DNA from: an uncultured Clostridium sp.
Lineage (GTDB): Bacteria > Bacillota > Clostridia > TANB77 > CAG-508
Assembly: GCA_948434985.1 (NCBI GenBank)
Contig: CAOJFV010000003.1
Location: forward strand, 6,355 to 70,354
Direction: 5' to 3'
Length of the DNA: 64,000 nt
Shown here: positions 10,807-20,431 of the stretch, piece by piece
Position numbering within the stretch: position 1 is the stretch's first letter
Layout of the letters: every line of letters starts with the position of its first letter
The notes under the pieces: model-generated
Database searches by the model: none
Told to the model about the DNA's origin: nothing
The model's input: the letters and a program-made list of their open reading frames with translations, nothing else
Made by a program: the position numbers and the translations under genes

Positions 10807-12387
10807 ATGATCAAATTTTTACAAAAAGATTTACAAGATATAAAAATACCATTTAATACAGAAAAACTAAGTATTTTTCTAACAACTCTAGTAACATCAA
10901 TACTAGTACATTTTAATCTTTATGCAATGGAAATAACCAGTGCGGATACTTTAATAAATAGTATGTATCATCAAGCAGATATTTGGGAAGTAATGTTGTT
11001 ACGATTTGGGTTATATTTTGTACAAATGATTAAAGGAAATATAGTCTCTCCTGTTTTAGTAACTTTAATAAGTAGTATCCTTTTAGGCATAACAGTATTA
11101 CTAGTATTAGATCTACTTGAAATTCAAACTAAATATTTTAAATATATTACCGCTATTGTTCTTGCAGTAGCACCAAATATATCAGCAACTTTAACATTTT
11201 TCTATTGTTCTGATGCATATATTTTAGGAATGCTTCTTGCAACTCTTGCTGTTTTTATGATGAGAAAATATAAAGATAAAAAATGGATAATTATTGTGAG
11301 TGGACTACTTATTGCAATAGCTATGGGAATGTATCAAACATATCTATCTGTAACAATGGTTTTATGCATATCGACTTTAATTGTTGATGCTATAAATAAA
11401 ACAGATAAAAAACAAATACTAATTACTTTATTTAAATATATACTTATGGGTATATTAGGAATATTATTTTTCTACTTGTTATCACATTTTATTCTGCTTA
11501 TTACACATTTACCTATAAGTGGTTATAGTGGTGCAAATACAATCGGATTAAATACATTATTACAACTTCCTGAATTATTGCCAGAAGCATATCAAAGTTT
11601 CTTTAACTATTATTTTAATGATAATATGATACCAAATACTATATGGAACACTAATATATTATATATTGTTATATTTGCAATAATTTTACTTTCAATAATA
11701 TATATTACTATAAAAAATAAAGTATATGAAAAAAAATCAAATTTAATACTGGCTATTATTTTCATTATTATAGCACCTATATGTTTTGGAATTATAGAAA
11801 TAATGGTTCCTGATGTTGATATACATATACTTATGGCATGTTCTATGATACTTATATTTCCATTATTCTTTAAAATATTAGAATTATTACCTAAAAATGT
11901 TTTTTCTAATAGTCTTAAGTATATTATAGTATTTTGTAGCTTAGGTATTATTTGGAATTATACTTGGCAAGACAATGCTTCTTATATTGCAATGAAATCA
12001 ATGCAAAACCAAACAGAAGCTACACTTTCAAGAATAGTTACTAGAATAGAAGAATTAGATGGATATACTAAAGAAATGCCTATACTTTTTTTAGGTGGAT
12101 TAGAAAACAATTCATATTTAAATAGAGATAATACTTTGGTTGAAGCAAAAAAAATATATGATAGAACATGGGGATTTATATCAAATAGTTCTACAATTTG
12201 GTGGGGTAATTTAGATAGCTATAGGAAGATGTTGTATGAGTATGAAGGTGTAAATATGAATTTAGTAAGTGAATGGGATAGCCTTAAAATATTTGAAACA
12301 GAAGAATATAAAAATATGACATATTATCCTCACAAGGACAGTATAAAAATAATAAATAATACAGTTGTAGTTAAGTTAAGTGATTGA
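10807..12387 (+). CDS. Polytopic membrane protein, GtrII-like glucosyltransferase family (tentative).
   Basis: 526 aa, more than 10 TM helices, soluble C-terminal domain. Family assignment is from recollection only. Confidence 0.35.
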   Translation: MIKFLQKDLQDIKIPFNTEKLSIFLTTLVTSILVHFNLYAMEITSADTLINSMYHQADIWEVMLLRFGLYFVQMIKGNIVSPVLVTLISSILLGITVLLVLDLLEIQTKYFKYITAIVLAVAPNISATLTFFYCSDAYILGMLLATLAVFMMRKYKDKKWIIIVSGLLIAIAMGMYQTYLSVTMVLCISTLIVDAINKTDKKQILITLFKYILMGILGILFFYLLSHFILLITHLPISGYSGANTIGLNTLLQLPELLPEAYQSFFNYYFNDNMIPNTIWNTNILYIVIFAIILLSIIYITIKNKVYEKKSNLILAIIFIIIAPICFGIIEIMVPDVDIHILMACSMILIFPLFFKILELLPKNVFSNSLKYIIVFCSLGIIWNYTWQDNASYIAMKSMQNQTEATLSRIVTRIEELDGYTKEMPILFLGGLENNSYLNRDNTLVEAKKIYDRTWGFISNSSTIWWGNLDSYRKMLYEYEGVNMNLVSEWDSLKIFETEEYKNMTYYPHKDSIKIINNTVVVKLSD

Positions 12388-12447
12388 TTTACATATATAA
12401 TTTTATATTAATAAAGGGATGCCTATTTTTAGACATTCCCTTTATTG

Positions 12448-13254
12448 TTAATTGTTTACTTCTCTTGCTTTTACTACCTGTCTTTGTGTACCATATGTTC
12501 TACATGTAATTAATGTAATTTCTTTCTTTCCTCCTGTTTTTTGTGATGTACAACTTGTATCTGATGGATCTACTATGTATGTATCATATACTTTATATTT
12601 TATAGTTCTTCCTGTTAAGTCTGTTAATTCTACAATTGCTCCCATTTCTATATCTGGTAATTTTCCAAACATCTTCTTGTTTTTGTAGTTATGCCCTACA
12701 ACCACATAGTTTCCTTCTTCATTTGCGTTATTTCCCCAATATTTTACAAGAGATATTTTTAGTACTTCATCTATATGTTCTTCTGCTGTTTTTAATACTG
12801 GATAATTAATATCTAATGATGGTATTTTTAAAACTGCATCTGTTACATATTCCGCTCCACTTGCAGTTTTATATACTTCTTGATGTATTGCTTCTCCTTT
12901 GTTTTTGTTTTTTTCTACACTTTGTATATATGTTTCTATATCTTTTGCAAGTTTTGTTATATCTATTTCTTCATTATTTGATTGGTTTTCATCTAATGTA
13001 ACAATTAAAACATTATTTTCTACTCTTGCTGTAGTATTATCTTCTATTTCAAAATTCCCTCCAAGGTCAAGGCTTGCTAATATTTCTTGTGAAACTTCTT
13101 CGCTTTTGTTTTTATCAAATTCTGCATATATGTAGTATGAAAATAAACAACATATTAAAAAGACTGACAAGAAAAAGTTAATTTTGTATAACTTCTTTTT
13201 TCTTTTCAGTTCAGGAGTTACATATATTTTTTCAGTTACTAATATCTGATTCAT
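12448..13254 (-). CDS. Sortase (membrane-anchored cysteine transpeptidase).
   Basis: N-terminal TM, catalytic His region VVVGHNY and the signature EITLITC. Confidence 0.85.
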   Translation of the reverse strand: MNQILVTEKIYVTPELKRKKKLYKINFFLSVFLICCLFSYYIYAEFDKNKSEEVSQEILASLDLGGNFEIEDNTTARVENNVLIVTLDENQSNNEEIDITKLAKDIETYIQSVEKNKNKGEAIHQEVYKTASGAEYVTDAVLKIPSLDINYPVLKTAEEHIDEVLKISLVKYWGNNANEEGNYVVVGHNYKNKKMFGKLPDIEMGAIVELTDLTGRTIKYKVYDTYIVDPSDTSCTSQKTGGKKEITLITCRTYGTQRQVVKAREVNN

Positions 13255-13375
13255 ATAATCCTCCTTATTTTATACTACAATATCATTATAGCATATGTTA
13301 TTTTTTTTGAAAATAGTTTATGAAAATAAATATATTAAAAGTTTGTTACAGTTTAGTTTAATACTACCATACCTA

Positions 13376-13497
13376 GCGTGAATGTAGTAATATATTTATT
13401 TTGAAAAGTGGAGTACGCGGAGTCTACGAAGGCTTGGACGAGTGTCGAAACTTTTCAAAATAAATATATTACTACATAGAAGCGGACTGCAAATAAA
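13376..13497. repeat. Palindromic intergenic element, copy A. A 26-bp perfect AT-rich stem (13384-13409 / 13450-13475) encloses a 40-nt GC-rich core.
   Basis: gtagtaatatatttattttgaaaagt ... acttttcaaaataaatatattactac. The core is ggagtacgcggagtctacgaaggcttggacgagtgtcgaa. Confidence 0.85.
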
Positions 13498-13532
13498 ATA
13501 TGCAAACATTAACCAAAAACAATGCTATACAT

Positions 13533-13688
13533 TTATAGCATTGTTTTTGGTTGTTCTTTATTAATATTCTCTTTATCAAATATGTCATCATTTTCATAAT
13601 TAGTAAAATTTCCTGTGTTCATTTGATATGTTAAATTCATTAGTTCGATATCATCATCAAATCCAAATTCACGATATGACCTTGCCAT
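13533..13688 (-). CDS. Small acidic protein, 51 aa (MARSYREFGFDDDIELMNLTYQMNTGNFTNYENDDIFDKENINKEQPKTML).
   Basis: SD ggagga before the ATG at 13688. A perfect terminator hairpin follows at about 13512-13549. Confidence 0.45.
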   Translation of the reverse strand: MARSYREFGFDDDIELMNLTYQMNTGNFTNYENDDIFDKENINKEQPKTML

Positions 13689-13751
13689 ATTTATTTCCTC
13701 CAACTCAAGAAACTTCATAAATATTATACACTATTATTTTATAAATTGCAA

Positions 13752-14591
13752 TTATTCGTAAATTCCTATTCCTCTCATATAATTAATGTATGCATTATCA
13801 ATATTTGCCCAAATACTAATTTCTTCGTCTAGTACAGGATAATTTAGTTTTGTTTTAGATATATTTTCATAACTTTCTATAATTTCATTTCTAAAATTTT
13901 CTGGACATCTTCCAATAATACGCGCAACGTCAAAGTATTTATTTCCAAATCCGCCAAATCCAAAATCTATGATAGCAGAAATATGATTATTTTCATCTAA
14001 CAAAATATTGCTTGAATTTAAGTCTCCATGTACTAGATATGTATGATCTTTATTTATAAATTCATCATGGTTCCAAAAATTCATATCTTCTTTTGCAACA
14101 TGAACCGTTAATAATTCATCTAAAAAATCTACTAATTTTAATCCAATATTATCTATTTCAAAGATTTCTTCTTTACTAAATTTTATGCTATGTAATTGGA
14201 ACATAAATTTTGCAATATCATTTGCAACAATTTTAACTTCTTCTTCAGTCATATTGTTCATTTTTTCAGCTAAAACTGTTCCTTCAATCTTTGAGTGTAC
14301 ACTAAATGGTCTTCCATCATCATATAAAAGCTCAAGCTTAACTGTGTTAAAATCAGTTTTTCTATGAACAAATTTTGCAAATTCATAATCTTTTACAATT
14401 GTTCTAATCCAAAAATCATCTCTAGGAAATCTAAAGAAAAAATCCCCTTCATTTGTGCATACTTCAAAAACAATATTTGTCCATCCTGTTGTTACAGAAC
14501 GTATTTTGTTTATTGTTTTATCTGATAATGCTTTTTTTATTATCGTTTCAAAATCTTCATCAAGTGTAAAGTAATTTTTTGCCATATCCAT
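13752..14591 (-). CDS. Aminoglycoside/choline-kinase-type (APH-family) phosphotransferase.
   Basis: Motifs HGDLNSSNILL and IDFGFGGFG, the Brenner and DFG-like motifs of the APH fold. Confidence 0.7.
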   Translation of the reverse strand: MDMAKNYFTLDEDFETIIKKALSDKTINKIRSVTTGWTNIVFEVCTNEGDFFFRFPRDDFWIRTIVKDYEFAKFVHRKTDFNTVKLELLYDDGRPFSVHSKIEGTVLAEKMNNMTEEEVKIVANDIAKFMFQLHSIKFSKEEIFEIDNIGLKLVDFLDELLTVHVAKEDMNFWNHDEFINKDHTYLVHGDLNSSNILLDENNHISAIIDFGFGGFGNKYFDVARIIGRCPENFRNEIIESYENISKTKLNYPVLDEEISIWANIDNAYINYMRGIGIYE

Positions 14592-14601
14592 ATAAATACC
14601 T

Positions 14602-15171
14602 CTATTTTTCTTCTAATATTATCTTTCTCACTAGACTAATTATTTCATCTTCTGATGTTTTGTCATAGTTATTATATAAAATATAATCGAACATATTTCT
14701 TAAATTTTCATCTGTAGTAATTCTTTTATAGTGTTCATCAATTTCTAAAAGTCTATCTTTTTCTACTGTAGGCTTTAAATGTCTGTCTCTTGTTTTATTT
14801 TTTGCTACTTCAATATCTGTAGGTAATAAATAAATTGTACATAAATGTGGGCATACTTTTTTAAAATCAAATATTGTATCATAATGTAATTCAAATACAG
14901 TATTTTTATTAGAGTTTAATGCCTCATATGTATATGCATAAATATTACCTAACATCTCAAATTCATATGCAATTTTACCATCATCTCTTAACTTTTGTAA
15001 TTCGCTAGGTGTTACAAAAATTTTATCATCATTATTTTTTTCTCCTTCACGAGGTTCACGAGTTGTTATTATTTTTATTTTTTCAAAACCTAATTCTTCT
15101 ACAATTCTATCTTTATAATATGATTTTCCTACTCCAGTTACTCCTGCAAGTGCAAGTAGCATAAAATACAC
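14602..15171 (-). CDS. Guanylate-kinase-like P-loop kinase.
   Basis: Motifs GVTGVGKSY and ITTREPREGE..FVTPSELQ. Confidence 0.6.
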   Translation of the reverse strand: MYFMLLALAGVTGVGKSYYKDRIVEELGFEKIKIITTREPREGEKNNDDKIFVTPSELQKLRDDGKIAYEFEMLGNIYAYTYEALNSNKNTVFELHYDTIFDFKKVCPHLCTIYLLPTDIEVAKNKTRDRHLKPTVEKDRLLEIDEHYKRITTDENLRNMFDYILYNNYDKTSEDEIISLVRKIILEEK

Positions 15172-15243
15172 CTCTTTTTCATTGTTTTCATATTATACCG
15201 TTAATATAAAAAAAATGCAACCTTATAAGGTTACATTTTCATT

Positions 15244-16988
15244 TTATTGTAGGCTTGTATAGTATGAATTATATAACTTACTATAATATCCGTCCTTGTT
15301 TTAATAGTTCTAAATGACTTCCCATTTCCCCGAATTTCTCCTGCATCTAATACTATTATTTTATCTACATTTACTATTGTTGCAAGACGGTGTGCTATAA
15401 ATATTGAAGTTTTCTTTTTTGATATTATATCTATCGATTTTTGTATTAAACTTTCTGTGTGTGTATCTATGTTTGCTGTTGCTTCATCTAATACAAAAAT
15501 TGATGGATTGTGTGCAAATATTCTTGCAAATGCAAGTAGCTGTTTTTGCCCACTTGAGAATGATGATCCTCTTTCTTTTGCTACTTCATCTATTCCATTT
15601 GGTAACGAGTTTACAAATTCTTCTGCTGATGATAGTTTTATTGCTTCTAGTATATCTTCTTCTGGTATATTTGAATTTAGTTTTATATTATTTTTAATAT
15701 CTCTTGCAAATATGAATGGATCTTGCAAAATTATTCCAATATTCTTTCTTAAGCTTCTTTTATTAATATTTTTTATATTTATTCCATCTAGTAAAATTTC
15801 ACCTTGCTGTATCTCGTAAAATCTATTTATTAGGTTTGTTATGGTTGTTTTTCCACACCCTGTTTTTCCAACTAGTGCTACACTTTCTCCTGGTTCTATT
15901 GTAAAACTTATATTCTTTAGTACCCAATTTTTATTATCGTATGAAAACCATACATTTTTAAATTCAATTTTTCCTTTTACATCTTTTAGTTCTATTCCTG
16001 TTTCTAAGTCCTCTAAGTATTCTTTATGATCTAATATATCATATATTTTATTTATTGATACAAAAGCTTCTTGCACTACTTCTATGTTGTCTATTATTCT
16101 AGTTATTGGCTCAAATAGTTGCTTAATGTATGTAATAAATACATATATTAAACCTACTTCAATATCTATTCCTAACCAATGATTAACACATGTCCATACT
16201 ATTATTGAAATTGCTAAATTTTCTAGTATTGTCATTAATGCTGGAAGTAGTCCTTCTATTATTCCTCCAGGTAGTCTTGAATTTCTATAATCGTTTGTTA
16301 ATTTTTCACATTCAATTTGTTTTTCTCTTTGTATGTTAAAGATTTTTATTAGTTTTGCTCCATAAATTGATTCTGCTAAAAATGTGTTTAAATTTGTTTT
16401 TATTTTTTTTGATTTATCATATATTTTATTTAATAATTTTGTTAAAGTTATTGAAAATATGATTATAAATGGTATTACAATGAAAGCTAACATACTTAAT
16501 TTTGCACTTAAATAAATCATTACTCCTGCTAGTATTATTATTAATATTATATCTTTAAAAAATGTGGTTAGTACATCTTTAAATAATGTTGATACATCTT
16601 CTACATCATTTGTTATTCTTACAAATAATTTACCTGCTGGAGTTTTATCGTGAAATGGAATTCCTGCATTTTGAGTATATTTATATAGTCTATTTCTTAA
16701 TGTGTAGATTACATTTTCACCCATCATATTAGTAGTAGTACTTGTCGTAAAGTCTATTATATTTCCTATTGTTACTAATGCTATGTATATTGCGCCTATT
16801 GTTCCTATTGTTAATATCCCTTTTTGGTAGACTCCAAATTTTAAATATTCATCAATTACTACTTTGATTAAGTATGGCTTTACCATTTCTATTACTCCTA
16901 TTATTAGGGATAATATGGTTACTATTATAATTGTTTTTCTATACGGTTTTGCCATCTCATAAACTCTATGTAATGTTTTGTTTTTCAT
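15244..16988 (-). CDS. ABC exporter, fused permease/ATPase. The C-terminus is interrupted at CGG 15330-15332 and 15290-15292.
   Basis: Six TM helices, Walker A GKTGCGKTT, signature SSGQKQ and Walker B FVLDEAT. The restored tail reads LDAGEI G EMGSHLELLKQG G YYSKLYNSYYTSLQ*. Confidence 0.85.
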
Positions 16989-17021
16989 TGGTTTTTTCTC
17001 CTTAACTTTTTCAGATCCGCT

Positions 17022-17135
17022 TCCAGTAGATAATATATTTATTTTTTTAAAGTTCCGACACTAGCCACGGGCTCTGGAGATTCCGCGTACTCCACTTCTA
17101 AAAAAATAAATATATTACCTACTTCACGCTGATTT
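17022..17135. repeat. Palindromic intergenic element, copy B, in opposite orientation to copy A and sitting between two ABC genes.
   Basis: Its reverse complement shares cgtgaagtag.taatatatttatttt, ggagtacgcgga and agtgtcg.aa with copy A. The GC-rich core is 17053-17093. Confidence 0.8.
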
Positions 17136-17142
17136 GTGTCAC

Positions 17143-18937
17143 TTAATTTAATGCCATTTCACTTTTGGCTGATTGTTGTTTATAGAATTCGTAATATTTT
17201 CCTTTTTCTTGTAATAGTGTTTCGTGCGTTCCTGTTTCTATTATATTTCCTGCATCTAGTACTATTATTTTATTTGCATCTTTTATATCTGATATTCTAT
17301 TTGAGATAATTATACATGTTTTGTCTTTTACAAGTTTTTTTACATTGTTTAATACCATTTGTTCTGTTCTATTATCTAATGCTGAGAAAGTATCATCAAA
17401 TATAACAATATTACTTTTGTTTAAGAAAGCTCTTGATATTACCACTCTTTGTTTTTGCCCTCCTGAAAGGTCTCCACCTCTTTCTCCAATTATTGTATCT
17501 ATTCCATTTTGCATTTTTTCTATATCGTCATATATCATTGCATTTCTTGTACTTTCTTTTATTTCTTCTTCTCCAAACCCATCTTTAAATAGTTTTACAT
17601 TTTCTCTAAAAGTTGTTGAAAATAGGAAGTTGTCCTGTGTTATATAGCATATGTTATCTCTTAATATTTTTAATGGTATGTTGTTTATATCTTCTCCATC
17701 TATAAATATTTTACCATTTTGTACTGGATATAGTCTTAATAGTAAATTCATAAGTGTTGTTTTTCCGCTTCCTATTGTTCCTATTATTCCTAAAGTTTCT
17801 CCTTTATTTACTGTTACATTTATATTATTTAACACTGTTTCTATATGATCTGGATAATTGAATGTTAAATCTTTTATTTCAATATTTCCGTGATATACCT
17901 TCTTCATTTTGTAAATTGCCTTTCACTGAAATTTTTTCACGTTCTAAATTAAATACTTTATCTAATCTCTTATATGAAAGCTCCGCTCTTTTATATCTTG
18001 AAATAACTGAAGGTAACTATGATACTGGACCCACAAATAATCCAATATAACCGTTAAATGCAACAAAATCTCCTATTGAAATGCTACCCTCTAATACTAA
18101 TTTTGAACCATATAATAAAGATATTCCATAACATAGACCAAATCCAATATTTAAACAAGTTGATAACAATGTAGAATGAACATCTACTGCATTATTTGCT
18201 TCTCTTAAACGTCTATTTTTTCTTATAAATTCTTTTAATTGATTTGTTTCACCTGTATATGCTTTTGTTGTTCTTATCGCATCAGTACTTTCTTGTACAA
18301 ATTCTGAAAGTTCTGTAAAATACTTTTGTGATTTTTTAAAACTTTGCTCTAAGTACATTTTTATTTTTATAATAATAAATAAAGTTATAATTATAGGACA
18401 TAGTGTTATTACAGTTAAAACTATATTTACTCCTGACATCATTGTATATGTAGCAATAATCATTGTAAATATAAATCTAGTTCCATAAGAAATAAGTCTA
18501 TATATAAATGCTCTTATTTCACTAACATCTTTTACAAAATATGACATTAATTCTCCGTTTTTAATATTTTGAATACTTGTCATTTTTATTTTCATAAATT
18601 GTTCAAATAGTCTATCTTTTATATCTCTTTCAATACTTCTTGGGACATACCCTACAAGCCATCTCCAAGGCATTCGAACTGCGAGTAAAACTACGCATAT
18701 TCCCAATAAATAAAATGTGTACGTAAATATTTGCTCTTTATTTGCTTCTATGTTATATAAAAGGTCTACTATTTTTCCTATTATCTTTGGCGGATATGTT
18801 AAAAAATAAATGTTTAACATTATAAAAAATACTGTTAAAAATGTTGTTAATCTATATTTCTTTAGTGTTTTTAAAAGTACTTTTTTCACTACTCTCTTTT
18901 CCTTTCTTTTGTATGATTTTAAGACTAATTTTGCCAA
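17143..18937 (-). CDS. ABC exporter, fused permease/ATPase. It is interrupted by an in-frame TAG (18017-18019) and by CGG 17888-17890.
   Basis: The TMD ends ..FVGPVS * LPSVISRYKRAELSYKRLDKVF..EEGIS, then (skipping the C) GNIEIKDLTFNYP. Walker A GTIGSGKTT, signature SGGQKQ and Walker B VIFDDTFS. Confidence 0.8.
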
Positions 18938-19222
18938 TACTATAATACACTATTTTACTTAAGTTTTAAACGGCAAAACTCATATGTTTGTAAGTGCTAT
19001 AGCCATTTTTTGTTGCAAAATATGCTTTTTTTACTATTATGTAGATTTTATTATTTTTTTGTTACTTTTTAGTTACATTTGTTATTTTTTAGTCAATTGT
19101 TTAGTATAATATGTATGAGCAAGTAATTCTTAAGTTACTGTTCAAAATTAAACTATTGAGAGCGGCTATAGACTGAACAGTAAGATTATTGACTATAAAT
19201 TATAAAAAAGGATTTATTTAAT

Positions 19223-19726
19223 ATGGAAAAATTATTTGAGAATACTACTACATATAATATAGATTTGTATAGAGAGTTTGTTGATTTTCACAATAAGAAA
19301 TATAATATGAAGTATAATTTATATACTTTGTTTATCTTACTTTTGATAGTTTTTTGTATGGTTTTACAATTTAGATATTCTAATATTCTTCTTGGTATTT
19401 GCTTTGTTTTTTTTATGGGAATATTTTTATTTTGGAGAGTATTTCATCCTACTTTTTTTGTTAAAAAAGAGGCTAGTAGTAGCAAAGTAAAAAATCAAAT
19501 GAAAAATACTTATTCTTTTTATGATAAGTATATGACTATAAAAAATTCTAAGAATGATATTAAGCTTAATTATTATAAACTATATAAAGTTTTTGAAACT
19601 GAAAATTATTTTTATCTTTATATAAATAAGAACTATTCTTTTGTACTCGCAAAAGATGCCTTTTCTGTTGGTAATCCTAATGAGTTTTATAAGTTTATGA
19701 AGAGAAAATTATGGTATAAAACATAA
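19223..19726 (+). CDS. YcxB-like small membrane protein.
   Basis: Two central TM helices and the size fit. Family assignment is from recollection. Confidence 0.4.
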   Translation: MEKLFENTTTYNIDLYREFVDFHNKKYNMKYNLYTLFILLLIVFCMVLQFRYSNILLGICFVFFMGIFLFWRVFHPTFFVKKEASSSKVKNQMKNTYSFYDKYMTIKNSKNDIKLNYYKLYKVFETENYFYLYINKNYSFVLAKDAFSVGNPNEFYKFMKRKLWYKT

Positions 19727-19749
19727 GAAAGTGAATTAGTCTCACTTTC

Positions 19750-19986
19750 TTATATTTTTTTACTATTATTATATAATTCATCAGGACAAATATCTTCACC
19801 GTTTTCCCATTCAATTGATAGCCCTCCAATTTTTACTGTATTAAATACTTTTATATCATTTAACTTTTCAAACGGTTTATATTTTAAGTATGGTTTTACA
19901 TCAAATATCCCTTTTTCTCCGTTATTAAATACTATCTCTAACATATAATTATCTAAAGGTTTTACATCTATAGCTTTTGGTTTCAT
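19750..19986 (-). CDS. DUF2442-family small protein.
   Basis: 78 aa, with the pattern ..IEWENGEDICPDELY. Confidence 0.55.
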   Translation of the reverse strand: MKPKAIDVKPLDNYMLEIVFNNGEKGIFDVKPYLKYKPFEKLNDIKVFNTVKIGGLSIEWENGEDICPDELYNNSKKI

Positions 19987-19992
19987 AAGACA

Positions 19993-20259
19993 TCACTCCA
20001 ATCCTTTTATTTTTATTATATCTCCTTCATTGCAATATCTATCCCATACATATTTTAAATCATCTTTATGTATAATAATCCAAGCTTCTACTAATTTTCT
20101 TTGTTTTCTAGGAATTTTTCCATCTAAAACTTCTCCATTTAAACTAACAGACATTTCATACTCATTATATTTTACATGTATATGTGGTTTATTATGATGT
20201 CCTCCAATTTCTTTATACATGTATATAAAAATTCCATAAAATTGTGAAATAAGTGGCAT
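19993..20259 (-). CDS. DUF4160-family small protein.
   Basis: MPLISQFYGIFIYMY..HHNKPHIHV, typical of DUF4160, with a 7-nt gap to the DUF2442 gene. Confidence 0.6.
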   Translation of the reverse strand: MPLISQFYGIFIYMYKEIGGHHNKPHIHVKYNEYEMSVSLNGEVLDGKIPRKQRKLVEAWIIIHKDDLKYVWDRYCNEGDIIKIKGLE

Positions 20260-20431
20260 TCTCTCACCTCCTATTATAACAGTTTATATTTTGTTTTTCA
20301 AGTGATTTTGGCTTTTAGATTATAAAAAAACCTGATTAAAATTTAATGAAAAAAACTATAGATATATAAGTAATATATTATATTATTATATATCTATAGT
20401 CAAGCATTTTCTTTCGACATATTATGACATT

